A stretch of 64,000 nucleotides of DNA, taken from NCBI GenBank assembly GCA_041690295.1, contig JAWLHR010000001.1, positions 64,001 to 128,000 on the forward strand, in the 5' to 3' direction. Made by a program: the position numbers and the translations under genes. The notes under the pieces were generated by a model. That model searched no databases, was not told the DNA's origin, and was given only the letters and a program-made list of their open reading frames with translations. Positions 28,761 through 38,589 of the stretch are shown here, piece after piece (position 1 is the first letter of the stretch; each line of letters starts with the position of its first letter). The stretch is from Bdellovibrionales bacterium (lineage in GTDB: Bacteria; Bdellovibrionota; Bdellovibrionia; Bdellovibrionales; UBA1609).

Positions 28761-30032
28761 ATGCGTTTTTTGGTTATAGGTCAAGGCGGGCGGGAGCACG
28801 CCATTGTTCGAGCGTTGAAGTTTTCACCTTCTGTGACCGAGGTTCATGCCACACCCGGCAGTCCGGGAATTTCACAGGACGCCATTTGCCATCAAGTTGA
28901 TCTCAGTGACAGCAAAGCCCTCTTGCAGTTTGTTGATCGCTACCGGTTTGATTGCGTGGTGATCGGTCCGGAAAAATATCTTGTGCAAGGCTTGGCGGAT
29001 CAATTGCGAAGTCACGGGGTGGCGGTGGTCGGCCCCAGCCAGGCGGCCGCGCAACTGGAAGGAAGTAAAATCTTCGCCAAGGAATTCATGATGGCGGCGG
29101 GCGTTCCCACGGCCCGGTATGAAATCGTTGAGGATGTCGCCTCGACGATGGCCGCCGCCGAAAAATTCTCGCCGCCTTATGTTCTTAAAGCCGACGGTTT
29201 GGCCGAAGGAAAAGGTGTTTTCATCTGCCCCACTCTCGATGAATTAAAAACCGCGGCGGAAAATCTGTTCGAGAAAAAAGTTTTGGGCGCGGCCGGCGCC
29301 AAGGCGCTGCTTGAAGAAGCGCTCAGCGGATACGAACTTTCTTATTTGATTTTGACCAATGGATCGGAAGCGGAAAAACTGCCGCTGGCCCAGGATCATA
29401 AACGGCTGTTGGATCAGGATCAGGGCCCGAACACCGGTGGAATGGGAGTTGTCGGACCCATGCCGATCCCGGCCGAACTTGAGAAGCGAATTCAAACTGA
29501 AATCGTTGAACCCTGCTTGCGCCAACTCAAGGGCTCGGGCCTGCTTTATAGAGGCGTGCTCTACATCGGCCTCATGGTCACACCTGAAGGTCCGAAAGTG
29601 CTCGAGTTCAACACCCGCTTCGGTGATCCGGAAGCGCAAGTGATTCTTCCACAGTTGGATGGCGACTGGGGCTACGTGTTCAGCCAATTGAGCCGGGGCG
29701 AATTGATGCCACTCAAGTGGAAGCCCATTCACGTGGCCTGCGTGGTGATGGCTTCGCCGGGCTATCCCAGCTCACCCCGAAAAGGCCTCGTGATCGATGG
29801 TGATTTGGGTTCGCAAACACCTTCCAGTTATTTTCTTTTCGCCGGAGCGGCCCGAGGGGAAAGCGGCCAATGGGTGACGAACGGTGGCCGCGTGTTGAAT
29901 TCCATCGGTCTTGGCTCGAGCATTCAAGAAGCCATATCCGCCGCCTATGCCCAGGCCAAAAAGGTCAATTGGCAAGGCCTGCAAATGAGAACTGACATCG
30001 GTCGTAATCTTTTACTGAAGGAGCACCAATGA
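28761..30032 (+). CDS. purD: Phosphoribosylamine-glycine ligase
   Basis: GQGGREHA, IGPE, LEGSK.FAK, KADGLA.GKGV, QDHKR, GPNTGGMG, EFNTRFGDPE. Confidence 0.97.
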   Translation: MRFLVIGQGGREHAIVRALKFSPSVTEVHATPGSPGISQDAICHQVDLSDSKALLQFVDRYRFDCVVIGPEKYLVQGLADQLRSHGVAVVGPSQAAAQLEGSKIFAKEFMMAAGVPTARYEIVEDVASTMAAAEKFSPPYVLKADGLAEGKGVFICPTLDELKTAAENLFEKKVLGAAGAKALLEEALSGYELSYLILTNGSEAEKLPLAQDHKRLLDQDQGPNTGGMGVVGPMPIPAELEKRIQTEIVEPCLRQLKGSGLLYRGVLYIGLMVTPEGPKVLEFNTRFGDPEAQVILPQLDGDWGYVFSQLSRGELMPLKWKPIHVACVVMASPGYPSSPRKGLVIDGDLGSQTPSSYFLFAGAARGESGQWVTNGGRVLNSIGLGSSIQEAISAAYAQAKKVNWQGLQMRTDIGRNLLLKEHQ

Positions 30033-30526
30033 AAAACATCATATCTATTATGACCGCGCTCACCTTGATCTTCGGTCCGACGCTCGCGTGGGCGGAGCCG
30101 AAAATTTACATTCGCTCCGACGGTCAGTTCGTCGCCGACGGGAATGAATATCCCCGGGGCTTCTGGGTCCCGGTGATTGAAGGCGCTGAAAATGTCTTTT
30201 CCGTTCACCCGGAAGCGCAGAAATCCTACGAAGAACATAAAAGGATGGGCCGCTGGTTCGGTATTTTGAATTGGGGCTCGGTCGGTCTTTTGGCGGTGTA
30301 CGCCGTCGCTTCCGGTGATAACTTCGATACGGGCGTCGGTTTGGCCGTCTTTTTTGTGCCCTGGATCGCGGGGTTGTTTGTCGGCGCCAACTCGCAAAAA
30401 CATCTTTTAAGGGCCATCAACATCGTCAATGGAGTGTCGCCGGAACAAGCGGGAATTCGATTTTTAAAACCGCCCGCTCTTAAGAGTTCGTCTCTGACTT
30501 TGCCTGTTCTGGCATGGTCGTTCTGA
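30029..30526 (+). CDS. Hypothetical membrane or exported protein
   Basis: AAGGAG SD, signal peptide and two hydrophobic helices; 4-bp overlap with purD. Confidence 0.7.
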   Translation: MKNIISIMTALTLIFGPTLAWAEPKIYIRSDGQFVADGNEYPRGFWVPVIEGAENVFSVHPEAQKSYEEHKRMGRWFGILNWGSVGLLAVYAVASGDNFDTGVGLAVFFVPWIAGLFVGANSQKHLLRAINIVNGVSPEQAGIRFLKPPALKSSSLTLPVLAWSF

Positions 30527-31799
30527 CGTGAGTGTACAGGGGCAATTGAACCTCAAAGGTCGTACCTCGCCCGGGATGGGATTCAAGCAGAATCAAATCG
30601 CCGCCCAAACTGCGGGTCAAAGAGCGAGAGAGTGCTAGACCTAATCCGGAACCTTGTTGGGACCGTACTTCCTTGCGGTTCTCACGCCAGAATGGGCGAA
30701 AGAGCGAATCTTTCGCCTCCGGTTTGATGCCGATCCCCGTGTCGGCCACTTTAATCAAGAGCAAGTCATTGCAGCACCCGGCGTGAATCGAAATCTTACC
30801 CCGTGGCGTGAACTTGACCGCATTACTCAGAAGATTCACTAAAATTTGTTGGAATTTCAAAGAATTGGATTTGATTAACTCCGGCACATTCGGCTCGACT
30901 TTGATTTCCAACTGCAGGTTCTTTTCTTCGATCTTCTGGCTCAAAACAGCGGCCGCGCATTGAACTTGATCGCGAAAATTCACCGTCTCCTGAGGAACCT
31001 CGGGTTCTTCATCACTATCCGACTCGGCCATGAGGAGGACGCTATCCACCAGTTTTTTGAGGTATTCGCTATTTCGATGAATGACTTCGGCGTAATTGCG
31101 TATGTCCTCGGGGGCTTCCTCTGAATCCTTCAAAATTTCGGCAAAGCCGACGATGGCGGTGACCGGAGTGCGAATTTCGTGGCTGGCATCATTGATTTTG
31201 TGGATCAGCTCCTCATTTTCGACGCCCAATTCAACCGATTTCACCACATAACGGTTCACATTCCGTCCCAGGAGAATCATGAGCGCAAGAAAGCAGCCAA
31301 TCAGAAGGGCGAAAAAATGGCGCCCTTCCCACGCCATTCGCGCGGCGAATGGCAGAAGCATCATGGTCAGGTAAATGTATGTAAATCTGCGATCGACAAT
31401 GTAAGAGCTGACGACACCCGTACATAGGCCGGCCAACAGAAGAATGGTCGAAATAAAATGTTCGGGAGAATCAGCTCGCAAAAAAACGGTGCTCATGACG
31501 GCCCAAAGCAATGCGGCCGCGGCGGCGCCCAAATGTATGACACGGGCGATCCGATTGATTTTCGCATGGTTGGCCGCGGCCAGGTTTTTTTGCGCCCGCC
31601 AATTCGCCCAAAAACGAAAGACGGTTAAGACCATCATGGCCACGAACCAAGCCAGCAACCAATCGGTACGCACAACGCCCCAACTGACCGTGAGGTAGAA
31701 GACGCAAAAAATGACCGTGGCAAAAAAGGCTATGTAACTCTGTTCAAGAACCAGCCCCAAGGCTGACTTCCTGACCCGAAGCTGTTTCGAACCAAGCAT
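30480..31799 (-). CDS. Membrane-bound sensor histidine kinase
   Basis: Five to six TM helices; SHEIRTP, NLLSNAVKFT, DTGIGI, GSGLGL. Confidence 0.92.
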   Translation of the reverse strand: MLGSKQLRVRKSALGLVLEQSYIAFFATVIFCVFYLTVSWGVVRTDWLLAWFVAMMVLTVFRFWANWRAQKNLAAANHAKINRIARVIHLGAAAAALLWAVMSTVFLRADSPEHFISTILLLAGLCTGVVSSYIVDRRFTYIYLTMMLLPFAARMAWEGRHFFALLIGCFLALMILLGRNVNRYVVKSVELGVENEELIHKINDASHEIRTPVTAIVGFAEILKDSEEAPEDIRNYAEVIHRNSEYLKKLVDSVLLMAESDSDEEPEVPQETVNFRDQVQCAAAVLSQKIEEKNLQLEIKVEPNVPELIKSNSLKFQQILVNLLSNAVKFTPRGKISIHAGCCNDLLLIKVADTGIGIKPEAKDSLFRPFWRENRKEVRSQQGSGLGLALSRSLTRSLGGDLILLESHPGRGTTFEVQLPLYTHVRTTMPEQAKSETNS

Positions 31800-31889
31800 T
31801 CGACGTGACTATAAAGGCGCTGATTTACCTTGTCACCAGTAAATATTGAGACACACAAAACATGATTACTTTACTTTTAATACCTGGCA

Positions 31890-32276
31890 TCAATCCAAGA
31901 AACGCGCGCGTTCGCTTTCGGTAGGTATCCGGCATGTTTCCCGCCGACCAAACCATTTGTATCGGTTACGAGCGATATATCGGTAAACCGCATCCCTTAT
32001 AAACCGGGGAATTACCAAAAGAGTGTTCATTAATCTGAAAACTCCGCCCAAATCCGAAACCGCACGGATGGCGGCCCCTGATTCGGTGTAGGCCTTTCCG
32101 TTGTCCAGATAAACAACTGTTGCCAAACTCTCTCGAATCGCGGGTGGTAACTCCCGCTCCGCGGTTTTCCCTTGAAGAGGCGCGAAGCGAAGCGATTGGG
32201 TCCGATCACGGCGAATGAGAAAGTCAACAAACCAGTTACATAAATTGCAATGTCCATCAAAAAAGATGATTTTCAT
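31890..32276 (-). CDS. DCC1-like thiol-disulfide oxidoreductase (DUF393)
   Basis: FDGHCNLC, FAPLQ, RDAVYRYIARNRYKWFG. Confidence 0.92.
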   Translation of the reverse strand: MKIIFFDGHCNLCNWFVDFLIRRDRTQSLRFAPLQGKTAERELPPAIRESLATVVYLDNGKAYTESGAAIRAVSDLGGVFRLMNTLLVIPRFIRDAVYRYIARNRYKWFGRRETCRIPTESERARFLD

Positions 32277-33562
32277 TTGGACCGCAATACTTTCTCGGCC
32301 AGGTCGAATTGTTCGGGCGCCACATATAAACGATCGATCCGGCGGATTGTTTCATATCGCGAGAAAATCTCGGTGGCGTCTTCAATGGGATAGGGCCTGG
32401 CTTCCCAATCGTAATCGTCGACCACAAAAATAGGTAAGGCTTTATCGATGGCCGAGCCGCCATGGTATTTGCTCAGCCGGGCTTGCGAACTGGAATGAAT
32501 GACCTCAACTCCTTCGCGTTTTAACCGCTCACTCATGGCCGCGGGCCGCGCGTCTTCCGAATCCGAATGCAACTCGAATAACACCCTAAAGGGCCGCCGC
32601 TCCGCCATGCGCCGGGCCCAGGGATCATCCACGTGGGCGATGTGCTGATAGAGAGCCGTATCCGTGCAGTGAATGTACTCTTCGATATCCGACGGGACGG
32701 CGAAGGTGCAATTTTTGGACGTCAAATAGCGATAGAGCATCTCTTCAAAGATGATGCTTTTATGATGGAAATACACCATCAAGTGCATGTGATGGCGGGC
32801 CAGTAAAAAATCATCGAACGTATAAAGCGCCCGCCGGTTCAAGGCCAAATGCGCCCGACCTTCGACGGCGTGGAAAACCAGGTTATTCAAGAGCCAATCC
32901 ATCTCCACTTTGCCGTAATTGGTTCCGCAGAAGTAAGCGTCCCGCTCCAGATAATCCATCCGGTCCACGTCCATTTCGGAACTGACAATCTGACTGAGCA
33001 CGGGTCTGAAATCCAGGCCCTTGTCTCTAAAAAAGTCGTCCTTGTTTTTAAGCGATTTATCGATCAAGGCGGCGATATGAAACGGTTCAATATCGCTGAA
33101 CTGCCGGCGCAGCACCTCGGTCAAAGAGGAGTCGGTGATGAATTTGATGGTGTAATCTTCGTGATCGGCCTGTTCATCCGGCTTGGGCGGCTCAGTGCTG
33201 TGCGCATAGATCCCAATATTCAAACTCCCCACCGTGGGCATCACCTCTTCCGAGGCATGGGACAACGGTCCGTGCCCGATATCATGAAGAAGCGCCGCCA
33301 AACGCACGGCTTGCCGTAGCCGCCGGCGGACCTGGTCATTGCTGAACTCGTGGCCGCGAAAAATATTGTCGAAGGCGATCCCCGCCAGATGACAAACCCC
33401 AAGAGAATGTAAATAGCGGTTATGGGTGGCCCCGGGGAAACTGAACTCGGAAAAACCCAATTGTTTGATGGCTCGCAGACGTTGATAAGCCCGGGAATCG
33501 AGGACCGCCACTTCCGAATCGCTCAACTGAATTTGTCCATGAACGGGATCGCGTACGTCCAT
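32273..33562 (-). CDS. HD-superfamily phosphohydrolase (SAMHD1-like dNTPase family)
   Basis: RDPVHG, QRLR.IKQLG, H.R..HSLG, LLHDIGHGPLSH, DVDRMDYL.RD, VYFH. Confidence 0.9.
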   Translation of the reverse strand: MDVRDPVHGQIQLSDSEVAVLDSRAYQRLRAIKQLGFSEFSFPGATHNRYLHSLGVCHLAGIAFDNIFRGHEFSNDQVRRRLRQAVRLAALLHDIGHGPLSHASEEVMPTVGSLNIGIYAHSTEPPKPDEQADHEDYTIKFITDSSLTEVLRRQFSDIEPFHIAALIDKSLKNKDDFFRDKGLDFRPVLSQIVSSEMDVDRMDYLERDAYFCGTNYGKVEMDWLLNNLVFHAVEGRAHLALNRRALYTFDDFLLARHHMHLMVYFHHKSIIFEEMLYRYLTSKNCTFAVPSDIEEYIHCTDTALYQHIAHVDDPWARRMAERRPFRVLFELHSDSEDARPAAMSERLKREGVEVIHSSSQARLSKYHGGSAIDKALPIFVVDDYDWEARPYPIEDATEIFSRYETIRRIDRLYVAPEQFDLAEKVLRSK

Positions 33563-33659
33563 AAAATTAGACCCACTTTAACAAATTTTGTTTTTTAAAA
33601 AATAATGTTCCATACCGGGAAAACGTCTCAAAACTGTTCAATAAGGTCAAAACCAGGCT

Positions 33660-33686
33660 CAAGGTCCTGAAAAAATCGACCGATCA
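33660..33686 (+). promoter_or_regulatory. Sigma28 (FliA)-type promoter
   Basis: CAAG-N15-ACCGATCA, 42 nt upstream of the response regulator ATG, which has a GGAGAGG SD. Confidence 0.6.
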
Positions 33687-33728
33687 AAATTTCATGAACA
33701 AATTGACATGGTACGTTAATGGAGAGGT

Positions 33729-34145
33729 ATGTCTATGAATGCCGCCGCCGCCAAACCACAGATCCTTGTGATTGATGACGATGAATCAATGCGATTCATG
33801 CTTCAATCCAAGCTTTTCCAATCAGGATTTAACGTGACTTTAGCCGCGAGTGGATCTCACGCCATTCAGATCTTCCAAAGTGGCAAAGAGTTCGACCTGA
33901 TCCTTTGTGACCTTAAAATGCCGCTCAAAAACGGCATCGATGTCCTTAAATTCTTAAAAGATAGCCAGCGGGAGACCCCCACGATCATCGTCACCGGTTT
34001 CCCCGAGCGCGATAAGATCATCGCCGCCGCGCAACTGGGCATCCAGGATGTTTTGGTCAAGCCAGTCAGACATCAGGAGCTCATGCGCATGATCCGCACA
34101 AAACTGGGCATCGAAGATGAAGCGAGCGAAAAAGCAGCGGCCTAA
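33729..34145 (+). CDS. Single-domain response regulator
   Basis: ILVIDDD, CDLKMP, TG, KP receiver motifs; no output domain. Confidence 0.92.
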   Translation: MSMNAAAAKPQILVIDDDESMRFMLQSKLFQSGFNVTLAASGSHAIQIFQSGKEFDLILCDLKMPLKNGIDVLKFLKDSQRETPTIIVTGFPERDKIIAAAQLGIQDVLVKPVRHQELMRMIRTKLGIEDEASEKAAA

Positions 34146-35316
34146 AAGGTCGGTCCTTCATGAGGAGATTCCGCCCCGTCTTCAGGAGCTGATGCACCTG
34201 ACACGGCTCGCGGAGCTCGGCCGCCTTTCGGCGTCCGTGGCCCATGAAATCAACACGCCGTTGATGGTGGCCCAGGGCTTCGCTGAAAATATTGAACTCA
34301 TTCTCGACAATGAAAATTTAGACAAAGAACAAATCCGTGTGCAGGCCCTTGAAATCATCAAAGCCTGCCAGCGCATGAGCCGGATCATCAACAAAATGAA
34401 CCGTATGTCCCGCAGTCAAAAACTTCGCCTGCATGTCGTGGACATCACCGATGTGGCTTTGAACGCGGTGGATTTTTTAAAGACCCAGCTGGCCGATCTG
34501 GATGTGCAGCTTGAATTTGAATTCGATCACCCGCTGCCCATTCAGTGCGATTCGCTTCAGATCGAACAAATCATCATCAATATTCTCAGTAACGCCATTC
34601 ATGCGCTTGAACAAAACGCCGACAACCGCAAAATCAAAATCAGCTTTCAAGAAACCGATGGATGGCACCAGGTCACGATCTGGAATAACGGCCCCGCCAT
34701 TCCGGAGTCGGTGAAGCGAAACCTGATGAGGCCGTTTTTCACCACCAAAACCGAAGGTCATGGAACCGGGCTTGGCTTATCCGTTTCGAAGGCGATCATG
34801 GAAGTGCACGAGGGCGCTTTAAGTTTTTCCAGTGACGAAGAAAAAGGTACGCAGTTCACCTTGTCTTTTCCCAAACCCGCCTTCAATCCCTGGGCGAGGT
34901 CGTCTTCGCATTCCGTGGGGCCGATCGTGCTGATCGATGGACAACCGAATTACCGGCGAACTCTGGCCACTAAACTGAATTTACTGGGTTTCAATGTGGA
35001 AACGTATTCCGATTTCGCCGAGGGCGCCCGTGCGGCGCGCGCCAAGAAAATCGCCGCGGTTTTTATCGATCTGATTCCCGGATTGCCCGAGGGTGTTAAA
35101 TGTGTCCGACAACTTCGCCAGGACCTGGGTCCTGACGTATTGATTTTTACGATGTCGAATTATCCGTCCGCGCGTGATGTTAAAAATGAGTTAAAGAACG
35201 CCGGCGCGACGGATTGTTTTGAAAAACCCATTCATGCTGATAATTTCGCTTACGTGTTAAAGCTCCTCGATCCGACAAAAACCGAAGCCACCGGCCTTGT
35301 AAAAGCCGCGGCGTAA
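34117..35316 (+). CDS. Sensor-less hybrid histidine kinase (HisKA-HATPase-receiver)
   Basis: VAHEINTPL, NILSNA, NNGP, PFFTTK, GTGLGL; C-terminal receiver-like domain; start uncertain. Confidence 0.88.
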   Translation: MKRAKKQRPKRSVLHEEIPPRLQELMHLTRLAELGRLSASVAHEINTPLMVAQGFAENIELILDNENLDKEQIRVQALEIIKACQRMSRIINKMNRMSRSQKLRLHVVDITDVALNAVDFLKTQLADLDVQLEFEFDHPLPIQCDSLQIEQIIINILSNAIHALEQNADNRKIKISFQETDGWHQVTIWNNGPAIPESVKRNLMRPFFTTKTEGHGTGLGLSVSKAIMEVHEGALSFSSDEEKGTQFTLSFPKPAFNPWARSSSHSVGPIVLIDGQPNYRRTLATKLNLLGFNVETYSDFAEGARAARAKKIAAVFIDLIPGLPEGVKCVRQLRQDLGPDVLIFTMSNYPSARDVKNELKNAGATDCFEKPIHADNFAYVLKLLDPTKTEATGLVKAAA

Positions 35317-35362
35317 AAAAGTGGTTGGGCGCCCTCGCCTTTTCGCGGTACTGTGAAGGCCG

Positions 35363-36157
35363 ATGAAACAGTACCAACAACTCATGCAACACATTTTGGA
35401 CAACGGGATCAGCAAAGAGGATCGCACCGGCACAGGCACGATATCCGTTTTCGGCTATCAAATGCGGTTCGACTTGGCCGAGGGGTTTCCCCTTGTGACG
35501 ACCAAGAAAGCGCATTTGCGCTCGATCATTCATGAACTCCTGTGGTTCTTGCGCGGGGATACGAACATCCGTTATCTGAACGAGAACAAAGTGACCATTT
35601 GGGATGAGTGGGCCGATGAAAACGGCGAACTCGGCCGGGTGTACGGCGCTCAATGGCGGCATTGGCGCCGGCCGGATGGAACCGAACTGGATCAAATCGC
35701 CGCGGTGGTGAAAAGCCTTCGCGAAAACCCGAATTCACGGCGTCACCTGGTGGTGGCCTTCAATCCCGGTGAAATCGAACAAATGGCGCTTCCGCCTTGC
35801 CATGCTTTTTTTCAGTTCTATGTGGCGGGGGGCCGTTTATCCTGCCAGCTCTATCAACGGAGCGCGGATGTGTTTTTGGGCGTGCCGTTTAATATCGCCA
35901 GCTATTCCTTGTTAACCATGATGATGGCGCAGGTCTGTGACCTTCAACCGGGTGAATTCGTGCACACGTTGGGTGATGCGCATCTTTATCGCAATCACCT
36001 GGATCAAGCGCGTTTGCAATTGTCGCGGGAGCCGCGGCCGTTGCCGCGAATGAAAATCAATCCAGCGGTTAAGGATATTTTTTCTTTCAAGTATGACGAT
36101 TTTGAGTTGATCGGTTACGATCCCCATCCGCCGATCAAGGCGGAGGTTTCGGTATGA
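35363..36157 (+). CDS. thyA: Thymidylate synthase
   Basis: [32 protein letters not shown]. Confidence 0.98.
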   Translation: MKQYQQLMQHILDNGISKEDRTGTGTISVFGYQMRFDLAEGFPLVTTKKAHLRSIIHELLWFLRGDTNIRYLNENKVTIWDEWADENGELGRVYGAQWRHWRRPDGTELDQIAAVVKSLRENPNSRRHLVVAFNPGEIEQMALPPCHAFFQFYVAGGRLSCQLYQRSADVFLGVPFNIASYSLLTMMMAQVCDLQPGEFVHTLGDAHLYRNHLDQARLQLSREPRPLPRMKINPAVKDIFSFKYDDFELIGYDPHPPIKAEVSV

Positions 36158-36654
36158 CGCTTTCTCACATCGTGGCCGTGGCGAAGAATGACGTGATCGG
36201 AGTGAAGAACGATCTGCCTTGGAATATTCCCGAGGACATGAAGTTTTTCAGGGAAAAGACCCGAGGGAAGGCCTTGATCATGGGTCGCAAAACTTTTGAA
36301 TCCGTCGGCCATCCCTTGCCGGATCGCTTGAATGTGGTGGTGACCCGGCAAAAAAACTTTTCCTCCGATGCGCCGAACGTGGTGGTGAAACCGGATTTGC
36401 AATCGGCCATTGAATACTGCCGTGGACAAACGTCGAAATACGGCGACGAGATTTTCATTATCGGCGGCGGCGAAATCTTTAAAGAATCTTTACCGTTGGT
36501 CGATGTGATTTACCTGACTCGTATCCATCGCGACTACGACGGTGATGTGTTCTATCCGCAGTTGCCCGAAAAGGACTTCGAACTCATCGAGCAGCGCGAC
36601 CGCACCGAACCGGTGCCGTTTTCCTTCCTCACGTATATGCGCCGTAAAATGTAG
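36154..36654 (+). CDS. folA: Dihydrofolate reductase
   Basis: [37 protein letters not shown] overlap with thyA. Confidence 0.97.
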   Translation: MTLSHIVAVAKNDVIGVKNDLPWNIPEDMKFFREKTRGKALIMGRKTFESVGHPLPDRLNVVVTRQKNFSSDAPNVVVKPDLQSAIEYCRGQTSKYGDEIFIIGGGEIFKESLPLVDVIYLTRIHRDYDGDVFYPQLPEKDFELIEQRDRTEPVPFSFLTYMRRKM

Positions 36655-36788
36655 GCCGTTCCTTTTCAGGATGCAGTGCCGCAATGAAGGTCTTTTTCGG
36701 TGGCATCGCAGCCGTTAAAGCTTCCCATTACAACGCAGTTCACGTTTAGGAATCCCGTTGCAACTTTTGAACATTAAAAGTCTCGAGG

Positions 36789-36817
36789 CGAACTGTGCCC
36801 GGGGCGGGCACAGTTCG
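36789..36817. repeat. Perfect 13-bp inverted repeat (hairpin)
   Basis: CGAACTGTGCCCG-GGG-CGGGCACAGTTCG; no U-tract. Confidence 0.85.
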
Positions 36818-36849
36818 ATCGGCCGGGCGGTCGTAGCAGCGTTGGATCA

Positions 36850-36958
36850 TTACAAGTCCCGGGACCAGTTGCATACGAAATTCCAGATCGCATGCGATTC
36901 CGATGATCTTGGAACACTCGAATTTGCAATCAACCCGCGCCGGTCGGGAGACGTCGCG
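36850..36958 (+). repeat. Palindromic direct repeat, copy 1 (109 nt)
   Basis: First 32 nt (TTACAAGTCCCGGGACCAGTTGCATACGAAAT) are identical to copy 2; similarity continues to ...GGAGACGTCGCG. Confidence 0.92.
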
Positions 36959-37024
36959 TAATTGAATCTAAAAAGTGGCTTTCATGATAAGAAAGCAGGG
37001 GTCAGACGTTTCGAGGGAGATAAA

Positions 37025-37504
37025 ATGGGACGAATTCTAACTTTGATGTTTGCAGGCTTTATGGTTTTTACAGGTCCGGCCATGGCCTCGGACGAACATG
37101 ACCATCATCATGCGTCCACGGGAGACAAAGCTCAGAAATTGCTCAAGCCCGAAAAAAAATATGAGACAGACGCAGCCTTGAGATCAAACATGGGAGCCAT
37201 TCGAGCGGCCTTACAAAAGAAGATGCCCGATGTCCATGGGCGCAAATTGAAGGCGGAGGAATACTCGACACTCTCAACAGAGATCAACAAATCCGTTCAA
37301 ACGATCTTCAAGGAATGCAAACTCAAGGCGGACGCTGATGCCGCCCTGCACTTGATCCTCGCCGATGTCATGGCGGGATCGAAAGCCATGAAGAGTGGTC
37401 CCAACGCAGACGATCGTGCGAAGGGATTTCTAAAGATCGCCAAAGGCCTGGAAACATACGGCCAGATATTCAATGATCCTTCGTGGAAACCACTGACTCA
37501 TTAG
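37025..37504 (+). CDS. Exported His-rich helical protein (DnrO-like appearance, putative metal or heme binding)
   Basis: GAGGGAG SD, signal peptide, EHDHHH, K..TDAALR..M..I, C.L...AD..LH..LA, L..YG..F. Confidence 0.75.
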   Translation: MGRILTLMFAGFMVFTGPAMASDEHDHHHASTGDKAQKLLKPEKKYETDAALRSNMGAIRAALQKKMPDVHGRKLKAEEYSTLSTEINKSVQTIFKECKLKADADAALHLILADVMAGSKAMKSGPNADDRAKGFLKIAKGLETYGQIFNDPSWKPLTH

Positions 37505-37533
37505 AAGCTTTCGACTCGCGGGACCGGTATCGT

Positions 37534-37622
37534 TTACAAGTCCCGGGACCAGTTGCATACGAAATACAAGATCGCACGCGATTCCGACGATCTTGAACCC
37601 GCGCCGGTCAGGAGACATCGCG
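37534..37622 (+). repeat. Palindromic direct repeat, copy 2 (89 nt)
   Basis: Same orientation as copy 1 and lacks a ~20-nt internal segment; contains the CAAGATCG...CGATCTTG stem. Confidence 0.92.
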
Positions 37623-37700
37623 AAAAGTCGGGTTCGCAATGCGGCTGAACAAGCGTCTGAACTTTTGTGGCTTGCTTTGGCCGAAACCGCTTCAGTGAAA

Positions 37701-38582
37701 CTAGCACGGCCCGGTTGTGCAGCCGGGAACTGCGCCTTTGCCGGCTAAAGCGGCGAAGTACAGTTCCGGGCGGCGGTCACGGAAAAAGCCGAAGGTCGCG
37801 CGATAGCGGCGGATCTGATCAAAATCGAAAGTGTGCTGTATCACGCCCACATCGTCGGATCCCATTTCCGCCACTTTGTCGCCGCGCTCATTGCAAATGA
37901 AAGAATGTCCGTAAAATGTCTGCCGCGGCTCACGTCCGATGCGATTCGCCGCCACCACCGGTACAACGTTCGAAACCGCGTGACCGATCATCGCCCGCTG
38001 CCAGGGATCTTTCGTGTCCAAATCCGGATCTTCCGGTTCGGTTCCGATCGCCGTCGGATAAAGCAAAACATCCGCGCCCATTAACATCATCGCCCGCGCG
38101 CACTCGGGGAACCACTGATCCCAACAAATTCCCACGCCGATGGTACCGAACTTCGTCGGCCAAACCTTGAAACCGGTGTCGCCGGGGCGGAAATAAAACT
38201 TCTCTTCATAACCGGGTCCATCAGGAATGTGCGATTTACGATAAACGCCCATCACGGAACCATCGGCATCCACCATCGCCACGCTGTTGTAGTAGTGAGG
38301 TCCGTCCTGCTCAAAGAAAGAAACCGGAACCACGATACCCAATTCCTTGGCCATTTTTTGAAAGTGAGCGATCGTGGGGTGCCCCTTCAGTGGCCGCGCC
38401 AAATCGAAGTATTCTTCCTTTTCGAAAGTGCAGAAATAAATGTTCTCGAACAACTCGGGGATCAACACCACATTGGCACCCTGGCGCGCGGCAAGAGCCA
38501 CCAATTCGCTGGCTTTAGCGATATTCCTCTGAGTGTCGGTGGTAAAGTCACTTTGTATAGCGGCGACCGTGGTTTTCATCAT
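37701..38582 (-). CDS. aguB: N-carbamoylputrescine amidase
   Basis: Nitrilase triad PELF / YRKSHIPDGPGYEEKFYF / ICWDQWFPE; follows aguA. Confidence 0.95.
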   Translation of the reverse strand: MMKTTVAAIQSDFTTDTQRNIAKASELVALAARQGANVVLIPELFENIYFCTFEKEEYFDLARPLKGHPTIAHFQKMAKELGIVVPVSFFEQDGPHYYNSVAMVDADGSVMGVYRKSHIPDGPGYEEKFYFRPGDTGFKVWPTKFGTIGVGICWDQWFPECARAMMLMGADVLLYPTAIGTEPEDPDLDTKDPWQRAMIGHAVSNVVPVVAANRIGREPRQTFYGHSFICNERGDKVAEMGSDDVGVIQHTFDFDQIRRYRATFGFFRDRRPELYFAALAGKGAVPGCTTGPC

Positions 38583-38589
38583 GGCCTCG

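Noticed and set aside
36850..37622. CRISPR array or classical integron attC pair
   Set aside because: Only two copies separated by a whole gene, no cas or intI in the window, no clear attC core ends; kept as an unclassified repeat.
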